From contig OX597816.1 of the NCBI GenBank assembly GCA_951406725.2, forward strand, positions 110,608,001 through 110,672,000: a DNA stretch of 64,000 nucleotides. Direction: 5' to 3'. The notes below the pieces were generated by a model. The model was not told the DNA's origin, made no database searches, and worked only from the letters and a program-made list of their open reading frames with translations. Below are positions 1 through 12,499 of the stretch, piece after piece; the first letter of the stretch is position 1, and every line of letters starts with the position of its first letter. The position numbers and the translations under genes were made by a program. The stretch comes from Octopus vulgaris (taxonomy: Eukaryota).

Positions 1-223
1 AAATGGGCAGAATATTTTATTTAGTTGTTAAATGTGGAGGATGTTAATGAGGCAAGTATAGTAGCTGTAGGAGGAGAGAAAAAAATGCCTGCTGTTGGGG
101 AATGGAAGTACGGTGCAGTTGGAAGAGAAGAGGTGAAGGAATCCCTGCAGAGGATGGCAAACCGGAAGGTACTGGTGGGGGTACAGTGGAATGCATAAAG
201 AAGGGAGGAGTGACAATGATTGA

Positions 224-1160
224 ATGGTCAGTTCGGCTTACGAATGTTTGTTTTATGGCTGCAAGAGCACCAAGATAGTGCCACTGTACAAGGGGAAAGG
301 GGATAAATGTGAGTGTGGAAATTCTAGGGGTATAAGTCTGGTGTGTGTGGTTGGTAAACTGTATGGGAGAATTCTGGATTTTAGAGTGAGAAACCAGACA
401 GAAAGTGTACTAGCGGAGGAGAAGTGTAGTTTTAGGAGTGGAAGCGGATGTACAGATCAATTATTTGTAGTAAGACAAATATGTGAGAAGTTTTTGGCAA
501 ATGGGAGGAAGGTGTATTGGGCCTTTATGGACCTAGAGAAGACATTTAATCGAGATGACAGGAATGCAATGTGGCAGGTGGCAGAATGCAATGTGGCAGA
601 AATGAGGCGATTAGATGTGTTTGAGATGAGATGTCTGATTGGTGTGACACGGCTGGGCAGGATGAGGAATAAGAAGGTCCAAACACGAGCAGGAATGAGG
701 AAAAAACTAACAACCAAATTGGGTAGACGAATGTTGAGGTAGATTGGCCACATGAAGAGGACGAATAAGGAGCGGATGGTGAGGAGAGTGATGAAGGCTG
801 AAGTGGTAGGCAGCAGAACCAGAGGCAGAACTCGGTTTATAAAAATGGGTGGAGTGAAGAAAGCTTTGGTGGTTAGAGGTGTTGGAGTGAGGGAGACAAG
901 AGAGTTTATAAATGATAGGAAAGCTTGGAGAGTGTTTGTGGACGGATGAGTGAATTTTGATGTTGCTCAAAGGGTATGGAACCCGCGTGATGCTGTGAGA
1001 GTACTTTAGCATATGCTGCCGGACTCCGCTGCTGGTATTGCGGATTGCGTTCTATGGCTTGAGCCGAGCATAGAACGGGGTTCGCCCCTTTGAGCTGGGA
1101 TATGAATGGAATTCCTTCTATGTGTGTCTTGTTGTTGCTACCCCTCCTAAAATAATGGGG
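224..1160 (+). mobile_element. RTE-clade LINE 3' relic (RT N-part fused to C-terminal region by internal deletion, plus 3' UTR)
   Basis: ORFs 224..742 and 752..949 carry IVPLYKGKGDKCECGNSRGISL, GSGCTDQLFVVRQICEK, AFMDLEKTFNR, then jump to LDVFEMRCL..RMRN..RRMLR*IGHMKR..GSRTRGR, typical of RTE ORF2. The YADD core is missing. Confidence 0.8.
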
Positions 1161-1691
1161 AATAGGCCTGGGTTTATATTATACACTAATTCCTTTAGCA
1201 CCGAAATTTCGCTGGCATTTCAAAAGTATTGCATGAATGTTACCAACATGTAGCGAAAAAATATCCTCGTTTCAAGCAGATATTTCCTCAGCCGCTATTT
1301 TGGACTTTTGATGGAATGAATATATAAGCGACTTCTATTTCTGACTCCAAGAAAGTAACATTGGATTATCTGCACGCTGTGCATTGAAAGATAGCCGCAA
1401 GAGAATCAAGTGAATTTCATCAGGAATCATAACAGAAATTTTATGATTTATATAGACGGTGGGTCATTTTTTTGTTTTCGTAGGGTACCGGTCCGTTCAT
1501 GCCTGGTGTTAAATGATTTTGCACGTGTAGTCTTTCGTACGTTTTTTTATTATTCTTGGGTTGAATAATACCGGTATTATTTAACTTATATAAACATTTT
1601 TGTGCTTGATGTTTGTGGACCAAGATGATTTGGTGTTGATTGGAACGTAATGTGGCGAGCGAGTAATGGAGATAATATACAGTGAAAAACA

Positions 1692-1777
1692 CATCATCAT
1701 CATCATCATCATCATCGTCATCATCATCATCATCGTCATCATCATCATCATCGTCATCATCGTCATCATCGTCATCA

Positions 1778-1830
<53 letters not shown>

Positions 1831-1833
1831 TAT
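1692..1833. repeat. compound (CAT)n-(TAT)n microsatellite
   Basis: Direct reading. Confidence 0.95.
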
Positions 1834-1837
1834 TATT

Positions 1838-2050
1838 GGTCGCAAATTTTGGCACAAGGCTAGCAGTTTTGAAGCAGCGAACAAGTCGATTACCTTGACC
1901 CCAGTATTCAAGTGATGCTTATTTTGTCGAGAACGATGGTGAAAGGCAAAGTTGACCACGGGGAAATTTGAACTGAGAACGAGAACACGACCAAAATGCC
2001 GCTAAACACATTGTCTAACACGCACGCAAACAATTGTTCCAACCCGCCTT
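1838..2050 (-). mobile_element. tRNA-derived SINE with Nin-like domain (octopus type), diverged
   Basis: Reverse complement aligns with the + copy at 16637 (aaggcgg..gttcaaatt..gtcaactttgcctttca..gtgccaaaattt). Confidence 0.75.
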
Positions 2051-2314
2051 TTTCGTATTATTCAGGCGCTCACTACTGTGTTCAAAGCGATTGGTGGATA
2101 GCAACATATAGATATGAATTATTGTATAAGAGCGATGACATCATCGAAGTAATTCATACATATTTTACGTTCACAAATTCTCTAAAAATGCATTCGACGA
2201 CGAGGTGCTGTAGTAGAAGTTACTTGTCCAATGTTTTATGCAATGGGACTAACAGCAAATCCGGTGGTTGCAAAGTGAGCTCCTTGAATGGAGCCATGTG
2301 TATATATACATGCA

Positions 2315-2343
2315 ACACACACACACACACACACACGCGCACG

Positions 2344-2401
<58 letters not shown>
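2315..2401. repeat. (CA)n-(TA)n microsatellite
   Basis: Direct reading. Confidence 0.95.
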
Positions 2402-3481
2402 CGTATATGGCATTGTCTATATGTGCGTGTGTGCCTGTGTGAGAGTGTGCGCATCTTTGTTGAGTGGGTGTGAATGTTCACAATTACCAGTTATACATGT
2501 GCTCCTGTCGTATTTGTTTATTCATGAATATTTACCCAATATTTAATGAAATATGCATTATGTTGACTGCACTACCGCCTTTAGAAGAAACTGTATGTTC
2601 TGTTATCATAATTCTATTAAAATGAGGAGACGAATTTCTGTAAATACCATTAAACGGGTTTCTATTTTCATATATTTTGCTTGAATCTAATTAATGTGAT
2701 ATGTTACCAAGTCTGGTTATGAATTATTCTTATCTTCACCATAATTATTATCTTCCCCGTTTTCATCCTTAGTATAATCAGAAGCAGCTTCGATGTTTTC
2801 TATACATTATCAGCATTATTATTTAAGCAGTGTTTTTTTCAGACAAACCATGACTTCCTTATAAAATTTGCCGTTCTAGTCACCAGAAATATGTATATAT
2901 CAGCACTAATATTTGTTTGCTTATAATATCTGTTATTATGATACCATCCTTAATTTTACTCTTATAATTTTTATGCCGCATTGTTGCTGGTGATCACCTA
3001 GCAATATGGTATCCCTTTAAGATAGCAAAAAACTTAAACGTTCAAACTTATATGTAGAGTTTCCTTATACTGGACCATCTCTAAAATAAATGACTAGTTT
3101 TTATGCATAAACTAGAAAGAACGGTAAATGGAATTTGTATATCTCTTCATCTAACATACCTTTTAATTCCCAGCTGTTTGCTTTGTACACTATCAGAATG
3201 TGAACATTAATCTAATAATTTATGTCCACGATGTTATTGTATTGATGATAAGGAAAATGTAACTGCGATGATGATAAAGTCGTTGATGATGACGGAGGCG
3301 CTGATGAAAATCTTAATGATGAAAAGGAAGAGGATGAGGATTATACTATCACTAATTCCGCTAACACGAGTAGTAAAAGATCTGATGGTGAATGTGATGT
3401 CCGATATTTTTCAAATCAAATGATTCCCGTAATATACAAAAATAGTTTAATTAAATGATAGTTGTCACAGGCTATATACCT

Positions 3482-3649
3482 ATTTCTTTACTACTCACAC
3501 AGAGGATAGAAAAGGACAGACAAATGGATTGAGTCGATTATATCGGCCCCAGTGTGTAACTGGTACTTATTTAATCGACCCCGAAAGGGTGAAAGGCAAA
3601 GTCTACCTCGGCGGAATTTGAACTCAGAATGTAGCGGCAGACGAAATAC
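3482..3649 (-). mobile_element. 5'-truncated Nin-domain SINE with 14-bp target-site duplication
   Basis: Matches the 3' two-thirds of the copy at 16637. Flanked by CAGGCTATATACCT at 3468-3481 and 3650-3663. Confidence 0.85.
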
Positions 3650-4142
3650 CAGGCTATATACCTGATATAACAATTGCTGTTTTCCGTAGTAACTTGCGTG
3701 CAATCAGCAAATCTTGAGAAATTCTTTAGATTTTCTTTAGATTTACAACTTCCTTTATACTACAATTTTAATGATAGAGATTTGGCCATTTCTGCTGTCG
3801 TCGCTGACTACAATTTTCTTGGATATCTTCGAAGGAGACACTTTATTTTTTAGAACACCTGCTAAAGAAGTGAAGCAATTTGATGCAATTGTACTAAGCT
3901 TGCTACAAAGAGCGATCAATACATTTGAATACTGATTCATTTTTACATAATATCGTATGACGCGATTACATTTTGCACATATGTTATACGTATCTGAAGG
4001 CAATAAGCTACCAAAATATTCTCTAAGATAGATATATTGATATGTTTATGTATATACATGAGTGAATATACAAACGTACACTCGCACACACACACATGTA
4101 CGGACACACACATATGTATATGTATATATATATATATATATA

Positions 4143-4360
4143 TCACTGAATATCTCATATCTATTTTCATTCCTCCACCTTACACTCTATTTCGCATCTT
4201 ATCTAAAGTACCTTTTGCTTAAATATCTTCTCACACCGTCTCCGATGAAGGGATATAATGAATATCCTAGAAACAGCTGTAAGGCCTCCTATTTATTAAT
4301 GTTCTAAAATCTACACTTCCTTGGGTTTTTTATCTCATTGCGAAAGAAATTTTTTTATAA
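4143..4360 (+). mobile_element. ~200-bp hammerhead-containing non-coding element between TA-rich tracts (Penelope pLTR/retrozyme-like)
   Basis: Homologous to 53866..54090(-); contains the hammerhead listed next. Confidence 0.6.
4238..4285 (+). ncRNA. minimal type I hammerhead ribozyme (core variant CCGAUGA)
   Basis: gtct-CCGATGA-ag(ggatat aatga atatcc)ta-GAAA-cagctg-TA-aggc. Stem I gtct/aggc, stem II ggatat/atatcc, palindromic stem III ACAGCTGT, GUA cleavage triplet. Confidence 0.7.
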
Positions 4361-4439
4361 ATAAATATATAAATATATATATATAGAGAGAGAGAGGAGG
4401 AGGAGAGAGAGAGAGAAAGAGAAGAGAGATATATCCGTT

Positions 4440-4645
4440 TTCAATTTTGACACAAGCCGACAAGTTCGGGGTCGAGGCTAAGTCAATTACATCGACTCCA
4501 GTGTTCTACTGGTACTTATTTTATCGACCCCGAATGAGTGAAAGACAAAATCGACCATGGCGAAATTTGAACTCAGAAGATAATGACGAACGAAATGCCT
4601 CTAAGCGTTTTCCTGCGTGTGATAAATACTCTGCCTACAGGCCGT
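4440..4645 (-). mobile_element. Nin-domain SINE, diverged
   Basis: ctggtacttattttatcgaccccgaa..aaatttgaactcagaa is the reverse complement of the family consensus seen at 16637. Confidence 0.75.
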
Positions 4646-4670
4646 GTGAAGAGATACGTTAACTTCTATA

Positions 4671-4722
<52 letters not shown>

Positions 4723-4764
4723 ATATGTATATATGTATGTATATTTGTATTATGTACGTATGTA

Positions 4765-6030
4765 AAGGTCAACACCACCATTAAAAAGACGGAACTTCGA
4801 AAAGCACCTTGCCTCCGTGGACTTCTTATGGAGTTAAATAGTCTGTCGAGGGTCAGAAAACATCTTCAAAACTTTGCAACAACACTCACCGTAGAGAGAG
4901 GCCCATGGAATGTGGTGTATCTGGCATCATTTCCATTAATAAGAAGGGCAACTTGATAATATCTGTCCAAATATAAATGGGTTCCCTCAAGACAGGTGAA
5001 CAACTTCGCAAATCTTAACTCTGAAAAACTAATTGAAGATATTCCAAATCATAACCAAGTAGCTGTTGCTATTTTCATCAACTTCCGTAAGGTATTTGAC
5101 TTCACAGACAGGAATGATATGTTCAGGAATTTAAGTTCTTGTGGTGTTCCGGGTTTCATCATTGAAGTGTTCGTCTACATCTGTTACTTTGGAAGGTGAT
5201 ACTGACTACTTGGAGAAGAACAGTGGAGTCCTACAAAGTTATCTTTCTCTTCATTGAGATACTTGTCAATGGTCTGAGAAGTGCCATCACACCATCAGAT
5301 GGAGTTACACTCAAGAGACGTCGGAGCTCAAGCTACCTAGTAGAAGTGCTTGCAGAATTTGCATTTGCACACGATATATTTATTCTTGAAGACAACTCCT
5401 GAACAGCCAAGGATTTACTCCACCGTGTTCAGAGAACTACACAGGAACTTGGTTTTTTCCTTGAACATTCCTGAAACGAAGTGCATAAACCTAAATTCAG
5501 CCATCAGTTCTCCGCTGTGCTTTCACTTGGTGGAACCAAAAGGGAAATGTTAAAGACTCCAATTTTTGGGGTGGCTACACCGAGTCTTGTTGTCTCTGCT
5601 CGAAGCTGTCAGGCCTGAAGTCTGTCTACTTTCTTCGTAACGTCTGGAATGCATCAATCAATCGATCCATCAAAATCAAGGTTTACAAAGGCGCTATGGA
5701 ATCGATCATTCTTTATGGCTCAGAGTCATGGAACCTGACATCTGCAATGACAAGGAAGCTAGATGGTAGCTACACCCGACTCTTGTGTACTGCCTTTACT
5801 ACTTCGTGGAAGTCGCACACAATTAACAAGATCTTACATGAGCATTTTCTTAAAATTTCATAAAGCACTTTCTTGCTCTTATTGGACATGTAATAGGACA
5901 CTGAAACTGCTGGGGGAGTTCCGCTATAGTCCCCCGTTGTCAGTTGTTGACGTAGTTGCTCGAACCTGGCCATCAAGAAAATCCGTGAGGAAGACGGTGT
6001 ACTACATATCAGTGTCTTGATGAATGCGAT
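4765..6030 (+). mobile_element. degraded RTE/RTEX-like LINE reverse transcriptase relic
   Basis: Fragments VAIFINFRKVFD..MFRNLSSCGVP, LAEFAFAHDIFILE (FADD-like), IKIKVYKGAMESIILYGSESWNLT..KLDGSYTRLL, with many frameshifts. Confidence 0.7.
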
Positions 6031-6615
6031 ACAAACCGCGAAACTGGAGAAACCTCATAGTGTCACCAATTGGTATTTTAGGATTTTGAAATAATAACTG
6101 AATACACAAAATTTTCTCTTATTTGAAGGATGAATTCTAGCCTTGGAACAAAACTTGAGAACACCCTCTAGAAAAGCTCAGTGAAATTTTAGTTGACCTT
6201 GCCGCATATTCAATCGGGCAATCTAAAATTACACTGAATCCGCTATTCTGCCGGTTTAATTACTCAAACAACTGTCTCTACCTTGATATATATGGAATTC
6301 AACACTTTCGATATCATTTCGTGTTTTCTGGGGTACAGTAAATATTCTGCATAAATGCAACAAACGTTGTACAACCATAGACGCATTAAGTAAATTCTCA
6401 AACTGCCAAATTTGTTCCCTTTTACTATTGTATACACAGACATATTCAAACTCCTTATTCACATCAGAGGTGCATTCCCACATATGTATGTACAGCATAT
6501 CACCAACCTTTCCTCCCTATGCACGAAACAGTGCAGTAGCAATCTACTGCATGGTAATACTTACAAACCGCGATGCCATGCTCATTTTATCTACTAAACA
6601 TCACGCATTCTATTA

Positions 6616-7433
6616 CACATTCAAACAAATATATACTTAAATATCTACTTGCTTTCACAAAGATACACATTTATTCCCAACTTCACCCATAAATATGTCT
6701 CCCTATTCTCAGAAGCGTATCCGTAAAAAATACTTTTCACACACATCTCATTTTAACACATTTACCATTTTTTGGCTTACTAATTGCTCTTCACAGCCCG
6801 CCACTTTTCTTTTATTCTACAATTCTTTTTATCACACATTCAATATTGTACTTTTATATTTTTTCTTTGAGGTTATAACAGTCAACTTTCCAAAGCGTTT
6901 CATTTCCCTGCGTTTTATTTTCTTTCCTCCACATTATTACTTGACCTTTTAACACCGTTCATTCTTTTCGTCGTTGACTTTGTTTTCTTTATCTTTGCTT
7001 GTGTTTTTGCGCAATGACACAGACGCAACGCGAATTATCATTCTTATTGTATTTCATTATAATACCAGTAGACAATATCTTTTAAAATGAAATGATGTCC
7101 AAGACTTAACGTCATAATAGTAGGAATTTTTTTAGCGTAGGTTACGGGGAGAATTGAAGCAAAAATTACCATTTTAGTATGAAATACAAGAAAAATAATA
7201 AACATCAGCAACAATAACACAATAGCTAATTCATCTTTAAGTATATCACTGTTTCTGTAATATCAACTACCTTTTGTTCAAGATATTATAGAGTTATTTC
7301 AACGATATCTGTCTGTTATATCCGGTGAGCTGATGCCGCCACGAAGATACTGTCGAGATGATTCTATATACGGGTTTTATGTGTATCTTTGTGAAAGCAA
7401 GTAGATATTTATGTATATATTGGTTTGAGTGTG
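6616..7433. mobile_element. non-autonomous TIR element (MITE) with CAC..GTG termini and 4-bp ATTA TSD, Chapaev/CMC-like
   Basis: 55-bp inverted repeats at 6616-6670 and 7379-7433 (52/55 identical). ATTA directly outside both ends (6612-6615, 7434-7437). No recognisable coding capacity. Confidence 0.65.
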
Positions 7434-8317
7434 ATTATGTAACTAGACACAGAGGTAAGTATGTATGCGTGTGATCGAATCCGTATATATGAGCGTACAT
7501 CTATAGTCCTTCGTTATGTATATGACACAAATGTGTCATTGAATAATGCTGTATTGAAAATATGGTTTATGTGCTTAATATGTATTTTTCTTCTAAATCT
7601 CATATAGATTTATTGATTCATAGTGGAAGATTATGCGGATTACACTATGGTAATTCTTATACGAAGTGATTTATGTTGATTTTTCTCTGTTTGTCTTGGA
7701 ATACTTTTTGAGGAATAAAAAATATGATTTAGCGACTTAAATACAAACATATACAAACGTGTTTAACTATTCCAATATAACATGCTTCGATAGATTACAA
7801 TGATAATTCGCTTTGTTAAATACTTATATATGGCGTATTTATTAATGCTTGCTGCCAAAACTTATTTGTACGTCATTGCATGCTTTTGGAACGAGAAATT
7901 TTATATATCAATATTTTTAAAACACTTGTTTTAATATACTTATTATTTCTTGTTTTACTCATCGATATTTAATCTAATTCAACCAGAGTAGATATACTAA
8001 ATTTTGAAGATCAACGCTAATTGTAATGTATAACTGTAGACATCAGTAGGTTATCGCTTTTCAAAACAATACCAATGAAAGACAGACTCCAGAAAAACAG
8101 AATTTCTAAAGTGAAAAGTTTGCACAAACTGGTTGATGAAGTGATGCTGACTAAATAAGAATAAGTGAAGGACGTTTATGTACATTAGTGCGATAGTGTA
8201 CGGAGCTGGAAAGCAGAATGCTAGTTCAAAGGTGTATAATCAATAAAATACATACATGGAATATAAAATAACGTTATTCGTCTCCGTGAGAATAGTTGTA
8301 ATATGTTATTGAGTGTA

Positions 8318-8530
8318 CGGCGGCGAACTGACAGTATCGTTAGGACAACGGGTTAAATACTTACTGGCATTTTGCCCGTCTTTACGTTGAGTTCAATTTT
8401 CACCGAGGTCGACTTTGCCTTTCATCATTTCGAAGTCGATAACTTAAGTACCAGTGAAACACTGGGGGTCGGTGTATTCGACTTCCTCCCTCAACTAAAG
8501 TTGCTGACCGTATGCCAAAATTTGAAATCG
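8318..8530 (+). mobile_element. Nin-domain tRNA SINE
   Basis: ggcggcgaactgacag..gagttcaatttt..gaggtcgactttgcctttcatc..aagtaccag..tgccaaaatttgaaa. Confidence 0.8.
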
Positions 8531-8655
8531 ATTATTCTTCAGTAAATTTTCTCCAATAAATCGTACCAATGAGAATTTACTGGCCTTACTCCTCTTTTTC
8601 TTTTTCTCTTTTTTTCTCTGTCTGTCTGTCTGTCTGCCTGTCTCTCTGTCTCTCC

Positions 8656-8693
<38 letters not shown>

Positions 8694-11232
8694 GAGTGTG
8701 TGTGTGTTGAGGATTAGAAGATCTTTTTCTTAATTCCATTGCTTCAAAGTGCAAATTTGGTAAATTGTAATACTTTTCATAACGCATGTTACTTGAAGGT
8801 ATCCTCAGAGGTGTTGGTACTATATGTTATCTCTGGCTGAGAAGTCGAGAAAAAAAACTTGACTCTGAATAAGCCTATTTAAAAGGTGAGAATTTGGTAA
8901 GACCTGTGATAGAGAACGACAATGATTTTATTCATGATTACTAAGGAGGTCGAGTTCTTTACACATACAGCAAAATCTTATATTTCATTGCTGTATCCTG
9001 CATTAATAACTGAAATTACTTGGAAAGTATCTTGTTGTATGACTCAGCAGAAAGCGCATGATAGATTGAACTTAATACATGAATAATAATTAAAAATGCA
9101 GTTTTGTCTTCCCGTTACTTTAACATTAAACTAAAGTACACGAAACCGATGTAAACAAGTAAGAGTAGTAGATTGGTAAATGTTTAGAGCTTCGAATATG
9201 TGATAAAGGTATTACAGTCTTTAAACTCTTCTAAATTCCAATATCTTCGATAAGCGTGTACATGAGTTACAAATATATATCTTTTGAACACCTGAGTTAC
9301 AAGTTGTGCGTTTATGCAAATTCTGATTTAAATATTACCATACTCTTAACATTTTAATCCGTTTCATTTTAAAGTTATTAACGTACATTGTGTAGAATGA
9401 TAGTAGCTCTAAAATGGCTTATCCACAATAGAGCGAGAATGATTAATATGACTGATATACTATAACGAAGTTGCAGTATTATTTAAACACATTAAAATCA
9501 AGAGAATTACGAACTTATATGCATAGTTAATGATATTATATAGCATAAGGGAATATTTTAAAGACGCTTTCGGCACGTACAATGAGAAGTGTACAGGTCT
9601 AAACATTATGAGGTCTTGCATTCGGTTTTCTCGTCTATTATTTTTGAAGAGTAGGAAAACAAGACATTAGGTCTTCAAATGCTTCTGGCAAATAATTATA
9701 TTTGACCTTTCACTGATTTGTTCCTTTTATTTAGTGAGGAGCTTGAGTTTGAGTCTCTGCTAGCCACTATCTGAAGTAGAGTATTCAATTGTATCGTTGA
9801 GTAAATAAGTGTACTGTATATATTGACAATACTTGATATTTTATGTCCTAAACCATTCCTTTATTCATCTTCCATGCAATAAAAAAGAAGCTAATAGATA
9901 TCCTTGCAATATTTGAGTGCATTGTGTGCCATCAGTATTCATTCAAAGAATTCGAAAACAATGATATATGCCAGTAGCGTTTTCATAAATTTCTTCTTCA
10001 AAAAATAACCAGATTAGCTTCAAATTTAAATACATATAATAATTAGAACCATGTGGATCTAAGAATAACGAGTTGTGTGAAGAATAATTAAGATTAACTA
10101 TCTATGCAATGTAAAGTTTAGGAAACATAAATGAGATTTTCAGACAAATTAATAACTTGTATTATATATAACTTGATTTCAAAAATGATGGCTTCCCTCT
10201 AAGCTTCAGAAACACTAAAAAATATAAAGCTTCGGATATTTGCTGTTATCCTAATTAAGACCATATCGTAAGCGTCAATCTAAATATATGTCCATTTCTT
10301 AGTTAGCATTGTTTCTACTGTGCTAATATATAAGAAAGACCGAAAGCCAATTCATTTGGCATCATGGATAGAAATGTCCATGGTTTGATGAGTTACGTGT
10401 GATATGTTTCTATAAGAATCAGGAATACTGTTCGACAGAATCTTGGGTTAAATTAATAACTTATGAAATGTTAAGCAAAATTATGTAATGGGTACAACAT
10501 CATAATTGTATCAACGCATGTTGTTAGAATTGTTATATATCACTGTTCACGTAAATATATATCCTATAAATGCATGAATAAATTATTCAGTATCTTCTTC
10601 AAACTTGCTTTCTTTGCAGATTTTTCACTCTACTATTTTCATTACACTTTATTTCACTTTATTTCCCGCAATAGATTACAATAAATTTATTTTTTTTGTC
10701 TTTTATAAAGCTTGCATTTCATATTCCTTATTTAGGTAACACTGAATGTTCTAATGCCAAAGCAATGCTTGCATTTATGTACAAATATTCCCCAGATAGC
10801 AGTTGTAAATATCGTATTACTAAGGTAAAATATTTTAAAATACGTTGTGCGTCAACGTAGTCATTTCTGCTGCTATATCCAAAATCCTAATTCCCCAATT
10901 GAGGCCTAATAAAGCATTAAAACTTACTGTACAATAGTTTCAAAACTAGTCAAAGCATCATCTGGTGATGTGCATTTCTAAACTACTGTTAGGAATGCCA
11001 AACCCTATCGAATCTTTGAAGAATTTCATTGCAATATTTACGTCCAGCATTTTGATCCTTCCTCGTTAAAATATTCGCGCGCACAAACATGTACGCAAAT
11101 ATGCAGACTAATTTAATAAAGAAAGCTGTAGATATGCAGCACATGCCGATCTATTTCGTTGGCTATATACACACACGCGCACACTCACACACACACATAT
11201 ATATATACATATATATATATAGACACACACAC

Positions 11233-11300
<68 letters not shown>

Positions 11301-11324
11301 CGCAGGTATATAGTGATGGACGTA

Positions 11325-12125
11325 AGGGTAGAAAGAGACAGAATTAAAGAATGTGGAAAAAAGTTAACAAGTCAAGGAACAGCACTCTCGCTAGTACCGT
11401 CAAAGGAATTTTCGGAAAGATAACAAAAAATAATGGTCCTGTACAAAAATTTAAAATTATCCACGGGAAAAATCGAAACCGCGACGACTGAGAGTATATA
11501 AAAAATACTAAAAAATATTAAACACCTAGTGACGTTTGTAACAAGAGGTCAGAAATTATGAGTGGTAGAAATCAAGTTCGCATCTGAGGAAGCAGCAGCA
11601 GAGCATGCAGTAGACGCGATTAGGGACGACGAATGGGCCTTCCTACCGAGTTACTGCGGGAAAAGAATGGCGAGAGTAAGGGTGGGTAAAATCCCACCCG
11701 AATACGACGAGACGTGGATTATGGCGACAGTCTTATTCCACATGAAGCAGAGTCCGAAAATATTGAAGGCAACAAGAACTCAAAAGGTGAACTTTTGGGG
11801 ATACGGGCTAGAAATGAAGATTCAAGCCACCCTATAAGACCTGAACTCCATAACTGAAGAAATAGTATTGCACGAAAGAAGCAAGTTGAAAGTGGTGGCA
11901 GGGGGCAAACCTGTGAAATGTTTTATGTGTAGCGAAGGAGGACACAAAAAAGCGGACTGCCCTCGAAACAAGAAAAAGAGAGTGGGGAGAGTTCGACACA
12001 GAGAGAGGCAACCGTGGAAGAGTGTGAAGAAGAATCTGAAACAGTGGATACAGAAGAATTCGTGGAGGTGAAACGACGGAAAAGAAAATGTAGAAGGGGT
12101 TCTCCACCGGAGAAGAATATAACAT
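11325..12125 (+). mobile_element. L1/Tx1-type ORF1 (gag-like, RRM-like region plus CCHC zinc knuckle) relic without ORF2
   Basis: VEIKFASEEAA..FLPSYCGKRMARVRVGKIPPE.. then CFMCSEGGHKKADCP (CX2CX4HX4C) and a basic EVKRRKRK tail. One in-frame stop and frameshifts. Confidence 0.7.
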
Positions 12126-12499
12126 ACACGTAACTATAGATTTTCAAAAAAAATATATATTATAACAGTAATTATAATTATCTGTTAAGTATAATTTCTA
12201 GAATGCAACAGGGTATATTTAGTGAATTTCCTAAGAGATTAATTACTTTACTGATATTAATCTGTCATAAGCAACAATGTCAATTCTGAGTTATGGTTTT
12301 AGCTCCTGTCAAAGTAATTGTATAATTAAAGCTAAGGGATACTTTTATTTTTTCTCAATACTTTACGCACGCATACAAATATGCATATTCACATATATTA
12401 GTAATGGTTTATATTTAAATACGTTGGTTGGTAAAGTACACATATCTGAGTCTATCGAGGGTCAACCAACGCATTCAGTGTAACTTCTTTCTATCATGT

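Noticed and set aside
1441-2546. Poly-N/D/I/S and HT/YI-repeat ORFs (also at 14442-15144, 18607-19034, 20020-20616, 22878-23193, 45289-45782, 52604-53147)
   Set aside because: They are translations of tri- and dinucleotide microsatellites that lack stops by construction.
6565-7453. Divergent paralogous first exons around a bidirectional promoter
   Set aside because: The TIR plus TSD structure explains the symmetry more simply, and the putative exon phases did not connect.
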